NCBI GenBank assembly: GCA_951406725.2
Contig: OX597834.1
Span: forward strand, 26,784,001 to 26,848,000
DNA: 64,000 nucleotides
Source of the DNA: Octopus vulgaris
Lineage: Eukaryota
Direction of reading: 5' to 3'
Shown: in pieces, positions 26,376 to 40,529 of the stretch
Position numbering within the stretch: position 1 is the stretch's first letter
Layout: every line of letters starts with the position of its first letter
Position numbers and translations under genes: made by a program
Notes under the pieces: model-generated
Seen by the model: only the letters and a program-made list of their open reading frames with translations
What the model was told of the DNA's origin: nothing
The model's database searches: none

Positions 26376-26676
26376 ATATTAATAGTTAACGCCATACTAA
26401 TATGGCAGTCTAAATATAAGACTAAAGCTGTCGCTGATTAGCTCAAGAGGCCACCGCCTCTACCTAGCTATATGACACACGAACCTGCGTCCATTACAAC
26501 CTTCGAACAGATGTCTGACTAGCAAGGTGAAGCGGCTGACCTCCCCTGTTCGAAGGTTGTAATGGACGCAAGTTCGTGTGTCATATAGCTAGCTAGAGGC
26601 GGTGGCCTCTTGGAGCTAATCAGCGACAGCTTTAGTCTTATATTTATGGACTGCCATATTAGTATGGCGATAACTA

Positions 26677-26683
<7 letters not shown>
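26376..26683. repeat. Long inverted repeat (about 135-bp arms, 35-bp spacer)
   Basis: 26376-26510 vs 26546-26683, few mismatches or indels; (TA)n flanks. Confidence 0.85.
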
Positions 26684-26754
<71 letters not shown>

Positions 26755-26756
<2 letters not shown>

Positions 26757-26922
26757 AGATCGGTAGCCACTACACACATTTTTTTCTCTCCTTGTTTCTT
26801 TCTGTCGAACAGCGTAGGCTCGAAACGTTAAAGATTCTTTCAATTCCTGAGTGTTATACTAATACATCTGTTTGTTATCTACACCACCTGTCTTCGTCTT
26901 TTGTTTTTTTCGTGAATTCTCC

Positions 26923-26925
<3 letters not shown>
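26755..26925 (+). mobile_element. pLTR-like insert with variant hammerhead (related copies at 59480-59672 + and 27002-27114 -)
   Basis: CTTT-CTGTCGA-acAGCgtagGCTc-GAAA-CG-TT-AAAG at 26798-26833; downstream cctgtcttcgtcttttg shared with the 59.5-kb copy. Confidence 0.5.
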
Positions 26926-27003
<78 letters not shown>

Positions 27004-27401
27004 GTTAATCCAAAAATGAACAAGCAAGAAAAAACAAGAAGGCGAGGACGGAACAAGTACAGTGTTATTGGACTCTCAGGAAAGGAAAGAAAAGAAAGAG
27101 TATTTCACGTTTCGATTGGTCCCACCCTTCCCCAAAATTTCGGGCCTTGTGCCTAGAGTAGAAAATGATATTATCATTAGTAAAAGGTAGTGAACTGGCA
27201 GAATGATTAGCTCGCTGGACAAGATGCTTAGCGGCTTTTCTTCTCAGTTCAAATTCTGCTAGGGTCAACATTCCGGTTCCTCAATCCGGGGTCGATAAAA
27301 TAAAGTACCAGTGAAGTGTTATATTCATGTGCGTGTGTGTGTGAGTGTGTGCGTGTTTACAGAATAGCCAATGTAGGTTTTGCTTGTGTGGATAATTATC
27401 G

Positions 27402-27755
27402 TGGCACTCCGTCGGTTATGACGACGAGGGTTCCAGTTGATCCGATCAACGGAACGGCCTGCTCATGAAATTAACATGCAAGTGGCTGAGCACTCTTACC
27501 CTTAAGTTTACCCTTAATGTAGTTCTCAGGGACATTCAGCGTGATTCGGAGTGTGACAAGACTGGCCCTTTGAAATACAAGTACAACAAAGAACGTTGTG
27601 GTGAAAGAGTACAGTAGGGTTCGCCACCACCCCCTGCCGGAGCCTCGTGAAGTTTTAGGGGATTTCGCTCAATAAATACTCACAGCGCCCGGCCTGGGAA
27701 TCGAAGCCGCGATCCTAAAACCGCGAGTCCGCTGTCCTAAGCATTGGGCCATTGC
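27402..27755 (-). mobile_element. Family B SINE
   Basis: Reverse complement of the 21290-type element. Confidence 0.75.
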
Positions 27756-27929
27756 TCCTCCACGGATAATTATATATCTGTATGTAGGTGAATGCGTAAT
27801 GAAGGGGTGGGAGTGGAGAGAGAAGGCAGAGGGAGTGGGAGGATAAAAAGAGGGAGCGAGAGGGAAGTAAAAGAAATAAGAGCAGAAAGTGAAATATTGA
27901 TGAAGAAGGTGCAAAGAAAGATAATTGGA

Positions 27930-28542
27930 AAGAGAGAGAGAGAGAGGGGAGATGTGCGTTTGTAACAAGGAGAAAGAAAGAAGATTGAAAGATTGAAAGA
28001 AGAACCGAAAGAGAGAAAGAGAGAGAGAGTGAGAAGTAACGAAGAGAAATCAGTGTCTATGTTGAGAGAGAGAGAGAGAGAGAGAGAAAGCGAGAGAGAG
28101 AGAGAGAGAGAGAGGGGAGATGGGCGTATGTAACAAGGAGAAAGAAAGAAGATTGAAAGAAGAACCCAAAGAGAGAGAGAGAGAAGGGGGAGAGAAGGGA
28201 GATGTGCGTATGCACATTAGTTTGTGCGCGTATGTAACAAAGAGAAAGAAAGGAAGAGAAGAAGACTGAAAGAAGAATCGAAAGAGAGAGAGAGAGAGAC
28301 AGGGAGAGAGAGAAGTAAGGAAGAGAAATCAGGGTCTGCGTTGAAAGAGAGAGAGAGAGAGAAAGAGACAGAGAGAGAGGGAGAGAGAGAGACAGAGAGA
28401 GAGGGAGAGAGAGAGAGAGAAAGAGAGAGAGAGGGACAAAGAGAGAACGAGAAAGAGAGAGAGAGGGAGTGAGAGAGAGGGACAGACAGAGAGAGAGAGA
28501 GAGAGAGAGACAAAGAGAGAGAGGGACAGACAGAGAGAGAGA

Positions 28543-28574
<32 letters not shown>

Positions 28575-28644
28575 AAGAGGAAGTGAGAGAGAGGGACAGA
28601 GAGAGAGAGAGGGAGAGAGAGAGGGACAGAGAGAGAGAGAGAGT

Positions 28645-28675
<31 letters not shown>
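27930..28675. repeat. (GA)n-rich polypurine tract with internal duplications
   Basis: Direct reading; gggagatg.gcgt block recurs three times. Confidence 0.9.
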
Positions 28676-28678
<3 letters not shown>

Positions 28679-28962
28679 GGGATTGTATGCACATGTATCT
28701 ACGAATGTGTTTCTGCGTTTGTGACCCAATGTGCAGCAGCAAATGTGGGTGTGTGTTTGTTGAGGATGCATTAATAAAAGCCTACATGTGTTTACGTCAG
28801 TGTCTTCGTGAATTTGTGGGTGGATTCATGAATGTGTGTGTCTGGTAGTGGTGGTCGTGGTGAGTGGTGTGTGTGTGTGTGTGTGTGCGTGTGTGTGTGT
28901 GCATCAGTGAGTGATTGTATGTATGCGTGTATGTCTAAGAGTGGGTTTAATTCTGTGCGTCA

Positions 28963-29540
28963 TTGGCAGAATCGTTAGCACGCCGGGCGAAATGCGTAGC
29001 CGTATTTCGTCTGCCGTTACGTTCTGAGTTCAAATTCCTCCGAGGGTCGACTTTGCCTTTCATCCTTTCGGGGTCGATAAATAAAGTACCACTTACGCAC
29101 TGGAGTCGATGTAATCGACTTTATCCGTTTGTCCTCTCCGTTTAGCCCCTTGTAGGCAGTAAAGAAATAGGTATTTCGTCTGCCGTTACGTTCTGAGCTC
29201 AAACTCCGCCGCATCCTTTCGGGGTCGATTAAATAAGTACCAGTTCCGCACTGGGGTCGATATAATCGATTTAATCATCCATTTGTCTGTCCTTGTTTGT
29301 CTTCTCTGTGTTTAGCTCCTTGTGGGTAGTAAAGAAATAGGTATTTCGTCTGCCGCTACGTTCTGAGTTCAAATTCCTCCGAGGTCGACTTTGCCTTTCA
29401 TCTTCTCGGGGGTCGATTAAATAAGTACCAGTTACGCACTGGAGTCGATGTAATCGACTTAATCCCTTTGGCTGTCCTTCTTTGTCCCTTCTATGTTTAG
29501 CCCCCCCCTCAACCTCCGTGGGCAATAAAGAAATAAATAT
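28963..29540 (+). mobile_element. Family C SINE head-to-tail trimer
   Basis: Junction AAAGAAATAG|GTATTTCGTCTG at 29170 and 29340. Confidence 0.85.
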
Positions 29541-29604
29541 ATGTATGTGTATGAGTTTATGTGTGTGTTCCTGTTAGTTTGTCTGTTTCTGTCTCCCTCT
29601 GTGT

Positions 29605-29644
<40 letters not shown>

Positions 29645-30386
29645 AGGTCTGTGTATCTGTGAAGGTGTGTCTTTATATGTGTCTGTGTGACAATGTTGTA
29701 CGGTTAAATGTACGTTTGGGTTTGTGTGTCAATGTGTATTTTTATGTGAATGTACGTGTGTACGTACTGGTCTCTCTCTCTCTCTCTCTCTCTGTAGGTC
29801 TGTCTGCGGATGTGTGTGTGTGTGTGTGTATGCTTATATTCAAGTATGCATGTATTTGTTTGTGTGTGTATATGTGCATGCTTGAATTGGTATGTGAATT
29901 TCAGCATGAGTGTGTGTATGTATATGTTACACGGTTAAATGTTTTTGAGCTTGTGTGTTAATATGTGGGTGTATGTGCATGTTTTATACGTGCCAGTGTG
30001 TACGTACTTGTAGTTCTCTCTTTCTCTCTCTGTCTCTGTCTCTCTCTCTGTCTCTCTCTCTGTCTCTCTCTGTCTCTCTGGGTCTGTCTGTGAATGTGTG
30101 TGTGTGTGTTTATGCCTAAGTGTATACATGTGTTAGTTTGTTTGTTGTGTAGGTGTGTGTTTTTGAGTTGCTGTGTAAATGTGTGTTGTGTGTGTGTGTG
30201 TGTGTGTGTACGCGCCTGTAAGTCACTGTGTGTATATATATTTATCTATGTATGTGCCGCCTGTGTGTATGTGCCTGACATCCAACACGCACCATTCCAA
30301 TAAAAGACTCAACAATTAAGTAACTGAATCTTTGATATTCTAGAATTTCCCTTTAAATATCGACACATAATTGTCTACCTTCCTTA

Positions 30387-30443
<57 letters not shown>

Positions 30444-30480
30444 TACACACATACACACACACTAACACATGCACACACAC

Positions 30481-30524
<44 letters not shown>

Positions 30525-30632
30525 ACACATACTCATACATATGCACACTACGCCTGTCTGTTGCCTCTCTTTTGTTGAGTATATGCGCACGCACATATTA
30601 CTTTGCATGTATGTATGCTTTGGGTGGGTGTG

Positions 30633-30790
<158 letters not shown>

Positions 30791-31522
30791 GCATAAACAT
30801 ACTGACATACAAATATGCAAATACTTGTATGTCTGAGCGTGTATAAATGTACATATACATGCGCACACACACGCACACACACGCACACGCACACACACAC
30901 ACACGCAAATGCACAAACATACACATACACACACATGCTCTTTCTCTCACGAACACACATGCACTGATGCACACACACACATGCACACACACACACATAC
31001 GCACGCACACACACACATACGCACGCACATACATATATTACACAAAAAGCAACTTAGAACCACAGATAAACTTAGACAGATTTAGAGGTCAGAGTGGACA
31101 GAAAAGCTCTAGTTTTAAGGGTAACGCCTAAGAACTGCCTGTATTAATTTATCAGGTAACTCAGCAATTTCCGGCTTCTCTGTGTTGTTTGCTTCTACAG
31201 TTGTTGCTGTTGTAGTTGCTACTACTACTACTACTACTGCTGCTGTTGCTGCTGCTGTTGCTGCTGCTGTTGTTGTTGTTATTGGAGATTATTCAGAGAA
31301 AGAAGAGCAATGCGCCATTATCTTTTCCCAAGGTTTCCGAGTCTGGTGCGAAGAATTGCGGAAGTAATCCAGAATCTAAAAAACTCATTCAGATACTGAC
31401 TGCAGACTGAACGTCACTAAAGGACCCCCACTTCCTCGAGGACCAGGAGCTGGTAATAAACTCCGGCTGCCGAGTCGGGTAAGTCTACCACCCAAGAGTT
31501 CAGTACGTAAAGAGTTGGAGAA

Positions 31523-32149
31523 AATACCTATTTCTTTACTACCCACAAGGGGCTAAACACAGAGAAGACATAAACACGCACATACAAACAAACAAACAAA
31601 CAAACAAACGGATTAAGGCGATTATATCGACCCCAGTGCGTAACTGGTACTTATTTAATCGATCCCGAAAGGATGAAAGGCAAAGTCGACCTAGGCGGAA
31701 TTTGAACTCAGAACGTAGCGACAGATGAAATACCTATTTCTTTACTACCCACAAGGGGCTAAACACAGAGAAGACAAACAAGGAGAGACAAACGGATTAA
31801 GTCGATTATATCAACCCCAGTGCGTAACTGATACTTATTTAATCGACCCCGAAAGGATGAAAGGCAAAGTCGACCTAGGCGGAATTTGAACTCAGAACGT
31901 AGCGACAGATGAAATACCTATTTCTTTACTACCCACAAGGGGTTAAACCCAGAGAAGACAAACAAGGAGAGACAAACGGATTAAGTCGATTATATCAACC
32001 CCAGTGCGTAACTGATACTTATTTAATCGACCCCGAAAGGATGAAAGGCAAAGTCGACCTCGGCGGAATTTGAACTCAGAACGTAGAGGCAGGCGAAATA
32101 CCGCTAAGCATTTCGCCCGGCGTGCTAACATTTCTGCTAGCTCGCCGCC
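31523..32149 (-). mobile_element. Family C SINE head-to-tail trimer
   Basis: Same junction in reverse complement (GAAATACCTATTTC) at about 31727 and 31911. Confidence 0.85.
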
Positions 32150-32431
32150 TTAATAACAATGCGAGCACCACTATATAGTTGGTGGACTACCTAGATATAA
32201 CAGCCAAACTTCCCTCATAATCTAAAATTTTGTATCACAGTGTCACCGTAACGACCAGACAATCGGATGCTGCTATACATCGCTGGTCACAATGCGCTTC
32301 GTATTATTTATGCAGGTTAGGCGAGCAGGTCAACATTGCCCCGTTGCAGGATTACTCCATTTACAGCTGATTGGATTGGAACAACGTGAAATGAAATGTC
32401 TTTTTGCTGAAGAACAAAACATGCCATCCGA

Positions 32432-32468
<37 letters not shown>

Positions 32469-32626
32469 TTGCATACGTAATGCGTGGAGTTCGCAGAATC
32501 GCTAACACCACGGACAAAATGCTTAGTGGTATCTCTTCCGGCTCTTTTCGTTATGGATTCAAAACCCACCGTGTCTAAACTGCGCCTTTCATCCCTTTTA
32601 GGTCCATAAAAAAAAACGTACCAGTC

Positions 32627-33083
32627 AAATACTGGTAGCGGGGAAGTTCAACGCAATCGTTTTGATCTCTCCCCTCAAAAAAACTGTTAACCTTGAACTC
32701 CTCAGCCCTTCAAAGGACTGGCGTCCCGTTCTGGAGGGTCGTTGCGAACTCGGTCACCTACACCCCAAGGAAACCGGGTAAAATACTGGTAGCGGGGAAG
32801 TTCAACGCAATCGTTTTGATCTCTCCCCTCAAAACTGTTAACCTTGAACTCCTCAGCCCTTCAAAGGACTGGCGTCCCGTTCTGGAGGGTCGTTGCGAAC
32901 TCGGTCACCTACACCCCAAGGAAACCGGGTAAAATACTGGTAGCGGGGAAGTTCAACGCAATCGTGTTGATCTCTCCCCTCAAAACTGTTAACCTTGAAT
33001 TCCTCGGCCCTTCAAAGGACTGGCGTCCCGTTCTGGAGGGTCGTTGCAAACTCGGTCACCTACACCCCAAGGAAACCGGGTAA
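32627..33083. repeat. Three tandem copies of a 151-bp unit
   Basis: Near-identical units starting AAATACTGGTAGCGGGG; ORF starts offset by 151 nt. Confidence 0.9.
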
Positions 33084-34512
33084 CCGGCATTATTATAGAT
33101 TCAGTATTTCCATGCTCACTCAAACCAGATGAAGCTGAACAGAAGGCAATTCACTCTACAGAGAGTGAGATGGGGGTGGAGGTTGTAATGGTGAAGCGGG
33201 GGTGACAGGGGATGAGGAAATTGTTAAAGGGGGACCTTTGTTATGAAACTTCAACCTTCTTTTCAATGAAACCAATAATAACAAAAATAAACAGCATACG
33301 GTGCGAGGAAGACGAGAAGGAGGTGGAGGGAGGGTCGAAGAATCTCACCCCACTCCTCTTCCTCTCTTCTCTGTTCCCTCTTCTTTCACACTCTCTCCCT
33401 CTCCCTCTCTCTGTCTTTCGGTTTCTCGTTCTTTGTAAATATTTGTGAGGTTGTAAGAAATTGAGCGCGTACGTACTCCCTCATACGCAAGCATAGATAT
33501 ACACACACACATACGCGTGCACACACACACACACGCACACACATACACACATGTGTGTGTATGTAAGTGTGCGTGTGTGTATATGTGTATTGTGTGAGTG
33601 TGTGTTTGAACATGCATGTGTGTATTTATTCATAAGCAGCAGAGGTACCCGGCGTTGCTAGCATGCAGCAACAGTGTGATTTCCAAGAAAAAAACTAATG
33701 CTTCGTTCTTATATAGCAGACATGACTCTTGGTGTGAGGTTCTTTGACAACTCCACTAACCACACAAGGTGTGTTTCTCTGACGATTGCGTCAAACTTGA
33801 GGATTAGATGCTGAACAGACACCCAAAATTATAGCAATGGGGTTTATTGTCTTGCCGCAGGGTTACTGGAACTTGTTTACAGCTGGGTGGATTGGAGCGA
33901 TGTGAAGCGAAGTGTTTTGTTCCAGAACACAATGCACTGCCCAGTCCAGGAATCGAAACACTGTAATCACTAAGCCACAAGCCTTTACAGTTTCCCCAGT
34001 TATTACTGGAACGCATTGCCATCGCAGTTGACTGGAACAACATGAAATGAAGTGTTTAGCTCAAGAAGACAGCGTGCCGCCCAATCACAGGATCGAAACC
34101 GCGATCTCAGGTTACGATCGTGAGCGCAACATTCTAACCACTTCACCCACTCACCTTCACTTAGAAATAATGAGTAAATAAAGTTATAGACCTATACTTG
34201 ATACGAACTTGGAGCCCGCCGCTTCACAAGAGGATGTGCCGAGCCAACGAGACCATTTTTAACATTTTTTATTGGTTTCACTTAAAGTAAGAAGTTGTGC
34301 CCGTTGCCTTCCAAAGCTTTTCAAAACTGGCTTACAGAAATAGCTGCAAAAACCATTCTATGCTCTTTTAAAAATGGAAGAACACTTTGTTTGAAAAAGA
34401 ATTACACGAGTTGGGGGTCATTGTTCATGATGTGTGCCCTCAAAATCTTGATTCTTTATTCGGATTGTTAGGGTATTGGACAAAGTGCCTTGCAGTATTT
34501 TTTCCAACTCTA

Positions 34513-34632
34513 AGGCGGCGAGCTGGCAGAAACGTTAGCATGCCGGGCGAAATGCTTAGCGATATTTTGTCTGCTGCTACGTCCTTGTTTGTCTCCTCTA
34601 TGTTTAGCCCCTTGTGGGTAGTAAAGAAATAG
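34513..34632 (+). mobile_element. Internally deleted family C SINE
   Basis: Head joined directly to tail. Confidence 0.75.
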
Positions 34633-35029
34633 GTGCTCTCATTGTCTTATTTTTTTAATTATTTGTTTTGATGTTTGGAATATAGGTGTGGGTTTATTTC
34701 TTTGGCGTTGAAGGGGTGGTGTGTGTATTGAGGGTGGTCATCGAAGATAGGCGGAAATAGGGCGAGAGTGAGTCACTCGGAGTTTGAGCGGTGGGGTGGA
34801 GTTGAGGGAAATGATGAGTGCAGAGAGAAGGAACTAAGATAGATAACTGATACGTGTGTGTGTTTGAGTGTGTGTGTGTGTATGAGGGGGGGATGGAAGT
34901 GCATAAACACACACATACATGTGTGTGCATGGCAGTGTGTATATATATTATATATATACGCACATATACATATAGAAACATGATACCGTATACACACACA
35001 CGCACACATATGTATATACACACGTACAC

Positions 35030-35109
<80 letters not shown>

Positions 35110-35329
35110 GTGTATATATGTGTGTGTGTGTGCATGTGAAAAAAATATATGTGGGTGTGTTTGTATATATACATACACTCACACACTCATTCATAAGTAT
35201 ATGTCTGAATTTATATGTATATGCATACCTACATAGATACATACGTATCTGAGTATGTGTGTATGTGTGTATATACATATAAATACATGCACACATAAAC
35301 ACAAACACATATAAACATTCATGAATGCA

Positions 35330-35501
35330 TACAAACATACACTACATACATACACTACATACATACACTACATACATACATACATACATACACTACATAC
35401 ATACACTACATACATACATAAATACATACATACATGCACACAAACACAAACACATATATACATTCATGAATGCATACAAACATAAATACATACACATACA
35501 C

Positions 35502-35532
<31 letters not shown>

Positions 35533-35566
35533 CATACATACATACATACATACATACATACATACA

Positions 35567-35600
<34 letters not shown>

Positions 35601-35795
35601 AATACATACATACATATATACATACATACATACATACATACATACACATACATACATACATACATACATACATACATACATACATACATACATACATACA
35701 TAAATACATACATACATACATACATATATAAATACATACATACATACATACATACATACATACATACATACATACATACATACATACATACATAC
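35330..35795. repeat. (TACA)n microsatellite
   Basis: Direct reading. Confidence 0.9.
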
Positions 35796-36689
35796 ACTCG
35801 TCTCTCGTAGTCTTGGCTGAATAACGCTTTTATTCAGTAACAATGTCCTTTCTTGTAATGTTTGGTTGTACAGCAACGTAAACGTTTTAGTCCAAACAAA
35901 ACTTGGCGCTTGTGGCCAACGTTCTTTCAACGAGGAATAAATATTTAGAAGATCGGAGAGTGAGCTGCCGTGAAATATTTGCAAAAACTGGGTATCACGG
36001 TCAATTATTTTGAGCCGAGGTAGGGTTTAATACTTGAAACTGTGCCATGCTGTAGAATTTCGGAATGAGCCACGATGTATTAGATAGCAAATAGTATTTC
36101 CGTGTCGTAAAAATGACGGCATATTTCTTTCATAATTGGAAATAGTTCGTCCATTAAAGGGGAAAAGATTGGAAGTAAGAATAACAACCAATAAGAGACT
36201 TTCTCGTTGGTTCGATAGAATTTTTCTGGTGCTGTTAAACCATAGGTCATTCTAGATTGAGAAGATTCATAATCATCGATATGCCAGCTGTGATCGTGCC
36301 GGTTTTTTCAAGAGGGTACGGTGTGGTTTGAGGAATATTTGACTGCTGTTTCTAGAATCTTGACTCGATAGCACTTACCAACCAACCAACCAACCAGCCG
36401 ACCCACCAACCAACCAACCAACCAACCAACCAACCAACCAACCAACCAACCAGCCGACCCACCGACCAACCGACCAACCAACCAACCACTTATTGTTTAG
36501 CTATTGGCAGACCATGTTTGAAAGTATTCTAATAGGAGCGAGCATGGTTGTGTGGTTAAGACGCCTGCTTTGGACCCATGTAGTTTCAAGGTCAGGTCCA
36601 CCTTGAGAAAATGTCCTCTAATATATCCCGGATCGAATTTATGATTTTGGAGAAGCTGGAGGTTTCGAACCAGTTGTCCGTAGTTATCC

Positions 36690-36919
36690 GCTTCTTTACT
36701 ACCCACAAGGGGCTACACACAGAGGAGACAAACAAGGACAGACAAACGGATCAAGTCGATTACATAGACCCCAGTGCGTAACTGGTACTTAATTTATCGA
36801 CCACGAAAGGATGAAAGGCAAAGTCGACCTCAGCGGAATTTGAACTCAGAACGTAACGGCAGACGAAATACAGCTACGCATTTCGCCCGGCGTGCTAACG
36901 TTTCTGCCAGCTCGCCGCC
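36690..36919 (-). mobile_element. Family C SINE with 17-bp TSD
   Basis: GTTGTCCGTAGTTATCC at 36673-36689 and 36922-36938. Confidence 0.9.
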
Positions 36920-37076
36920 TTGTTGTCCGTAGTTATCCTTTTACTCTTTGATATTTGAGGAGATATTCGTATCACCAGGGCAGCTGACCTCCTTGATGTT
37001 ACACGGCTTTTCTTGTCTGTCCCAGATAACATTATCCGGCTTGTTTGCACTCGCTAGAAATTTTAATGGGAATATA

Positions 37077-37280
37077 CTGGCTTAGTGGTTAGAGTCTTGC
37101 ACTCATGAACGTATGATTGTGGTTTCGATTCCTGAACCGGGTGATGCATTATGTTCTTGAGCAAAACACTTCATTTCACGTTGCTCCAGTCCACTTAGCT
37201 AACAAAAATGAGTAATCGTGCGACGGCCTGGCATCTCTTCAGTGGGAGAGGATATATACCACAGAATCCAGGAAACCGGA
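37077..37280 (+). mobile_element. Degenerate family B-type SINE
   Basis: TGGCTTAGTGG...GTTTCGATTCC...CTTGAGCAAAACACTT. Confidence 0.65.
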
Positions 37281-37629
37281 ACGATGAAGCTATGGCTGGT
37301 TGGTTGGTCGGTTGGTTGGCTGGTTGGTTGGTTGGTTGGTTGGTCGGTGGGTCGGCTGGTTGGTTGGTTTGTCGGTTGGACGTGGATCGGCTGGTTGGCT
37401 GGTTGGTCTGTGGGTCACCTGGTTGGCTGGTTTGTCGGTTTGTCGGTTGGTTACCTGGTTGGTTGGTTGGTCGGTGGGTCGGCTGATTGGTTGGTCGGTC
37501 GGTTGGTTGGCTGGTTGGTTGGTTGGTCGGTGGGTCGGCTTGTTTGGTTGGTCGGTTGGTTGGCTGGCTGGTTGGTTGGTTGGTTGTATGTATGTATTAT
37601 GTATGTATGTATGTATGTATGTATGTATG

Positions 37630-37659
<30 letters not shown>

Positions 37660-37660
<1 letters not shown>

Positions 37661-37800
37661 GGAGGGATGTCAAGAAGGGCATCGCTCTTACACTTCCAGA
37701 TGGGAAGGGTCTTCCTATGATGCTGACATGCAGTATCTGTGCAAGACCCTGCTTCAGTAAAGCTGGTCTCAAGAGCCATCTTCGTAGTCATAAAGCGAGA
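37660..37800 (+). pseudogene. C-terminal C2H2 zinc-finger fragment of an RTE-type LINE
   Basis: LTCSICARPCFSKAGLKSHLRSH; isolated between microsatellites. Confidence 0.5.
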
Positions 37801-38010
37801 CAAATGAGTGACAACAGGGTGTTTTTGCATGTATGCATATGTGTAGATTTGTATGCTTTGTTTTATGTATGTCTTCTCATACATATAGTCCCATATCTAG
37901 ACATGCTTATATATACTTAAATTTCTGGAAAGTTTTACAGATTTTTACAGTTCCAGTGATGGATTGGATCTGTGGTCTTCAAATAACTTTTCCCCTTTCT
38001 GGTTTCGAGA

Positions 38011-38215
38011 ATGTATGTATGTATGTATGTATGTATGTATGTATGTATGTATGTATGTATGTATGTATGTATGTATGTATGTATGTATGTATGTATGTAT
38101 GTATGTATGTATGTATGTATGTATGTATGTATGTATGTATGTATGTATGTATGTATGTATGTATGTATGTATGTATGTATGTATGTATGTATGTATGTAT
38201 GCATGCATGCATGTA

Positions 38216-38246
<31 letters not shown>

Positions 38247-38275
38247 ATGTATGTATGTATGTATGTATGTATGCG
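38011..38275. repeat. (TATG)n microsatellite
   Basis: Direct reading. Confidence 0.95.
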
Positions 38276-38859
38276 TGTGTATATATATATGTATGAACGA
38301 ATATATGTATGAACGTATATATGCTCCAAGCTCTAGGCTACAGTTTTGCACCTACGTAGCAGCTCAAATATCAGATAGGGATATTTCTTTTCCCAGAGAA
38401 TCTCGTAGGTTATATGAATTCCGTGGACAGTTTTCATGTACCCAGGTAAGATCGGGTATTGCTGCTTCTAAACAACTGAAGGTCGCATGAACCAAAGTGT
38501 AATTCCTTCTATTATTTTTGAGAAAATGGAGGAGTGATATGATGGAAGAATTGGCTGATATTTCTAGCAAATCAATGCACCATGAAGAGACTTTCCTGCC
38601 CCTGGTTCAATCTAATCAAGACAACTAGGTAATGTGAGCGATTGATGGTGGCATCAGATAGAGAAGGGTACAGGAACGTGGTTGTCTCTGCCCAGAAGGT
38701 TTATCATCGCCATAACATCACTACCAACCGCCACTTCCGCCACAGGCGCCGCGACCAACACCAGAAAAGCACTCCTTCCGCCGCCACCACTATCATCACC
38801 ACCACCAACACCATCAGCTCCGCGACTATCGTCGAGTACGACCGCCAACACCACTACCA

Positions 38860-39365
38860 ACACCACCATAACCACAAACTACTACCACCACCATAACCAC
38901 AAACTACTAACACCACCATAACCACAAACTACTACCACCACCACCACCACCACCACCACCACCACCACCACCAAAACCACCATCCTCACCACCACCATCC
39001 CAACCACCACCACCATCCCAACCACCACCACCACCACCACCACCACCACCACCACCACCACCACCATCCACCACCACCATCACCACCATCCCACCACCAC
39101 CACCACCACCACCACCACCACCACCACCACCACCACCACCATCACCACCCCCACCACCACCATCTCCAACACCACTATTACCACAGCAGCCACCATCAGT
39201 TTCATTGTCAACACTACCCCTACCACGGACACCACCACCACCACCACCACCACAACTACCTCTACTACCACAGTTACCACAACCGCCATCACCAACTTCG
39301 CCATCATCGACATCTCCAACACCATCCCTGCCGCAACCACCACCACCACCACCACCACCACCACA
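38860..39365. repeat. (CCA)n trinucleotide array
   Basis: Direct reading. Confidence 0.9.
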
Positions 39366-39712
39366 TACACGTACATACCTTACATCCCACCCACCCACCA
39401 TTCCCTTATCTGCCGTTTCGCCCTCACCGTTTATTTACATCAAGTGTAGCTTTTGTTTTTGTTGTGGGGTTTCTGGGAAGAATCCCGGCGTTGGCAGCGA
39501 ACGGGATGGGTGGCGGCGGCGGTGAAAAGAGGGTGGGGGTGGGGGCGATGGACGAGGAGTGTATGAAGGAAGCGGGGGGGGTGGGTGGGAGGAGGAAATG
39601 TTTATTGAAATATATCTGCCATGTGTGTCTGTCTGTATGTGTGTATTTGTGTGCTCGTATCTGGGTGGATATGTGTATATATGTATGGTGTATGTGTGTG
39701 TTTTTGGTGTTC

Positions 39713-39743
<31 letters not shown>

Positions 39744-39797
39744 TGTATGCGTGTGTGAGCATGCGTCTACATGTGTATGTGTTTTTGTGTCTGTTTG

Positions 39798-39840
<43 letters not shown>

Positions 39841-39921
39841 ATGAGTATGTGTGTATGTGTGTGTGCATGTGCATATATATACATACATAGGTGTGTGTGC
39901 ATGTATATATATATGTATGTG

Positions 39922-39955
<34 letters not shown>

Positions 39956-39968
39956 TAATTATATATAC

Positions 39969-40066
<98 letters not shown>

Positions 40067-40119
40067 GTATGTATATATATACGTATATATATATGTGTGT
40101 ATATATATATATATGTATG

Positions 40120-40154
<35 letters not shown>

Positions 40155-40529
40155 AGATGAGTGTGCGTGCGTTTGGATTACAATGAACACACTAGATCGT
40201 TGAGTGAATTCATCATAGATAGTAACTTTATACTTCTCAATTAAAGGAATCACATTTACACATACAATGTACTCACATACACATATGCATACATTTATGT
40301 AAACAGGCAAACTCACACAAGCACACAAACACACAGCCATTCATATGTACAGACGGAAGGGAAGAGTATTCTGTAAACCATTCAGGTATTGTGGTTTTTA
40401 AAAATTTATCCTCTGATGATTTAGTGTTGAATTTATTTCATATAGTCGTAAGGCACGTCTGTGTGAAACTTTAAGTAATGCGCTTACAAATGTCTAATCT
40501 GTAAACCACGAATCAGTGAATGTAAAAAA

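Noticed and set aside
32693-33083. Duplicated 79-aa ORFs
   Set aside because: Artefact of the 151-bp tandem repeat; the unit length is not a multiple of 3.
33635-33720. Helitron-like 3' hairpin remnant (and a TCTATAATAATAA start at 63931)
   Set aside because: Termini too degenerate or cut off by the window edge.
37720-37795. Host C2H2 zinc-finger gene
   Set aside because: Single finger without TGEKP linkers or clear splice context; fits a LINE C-terminus better.
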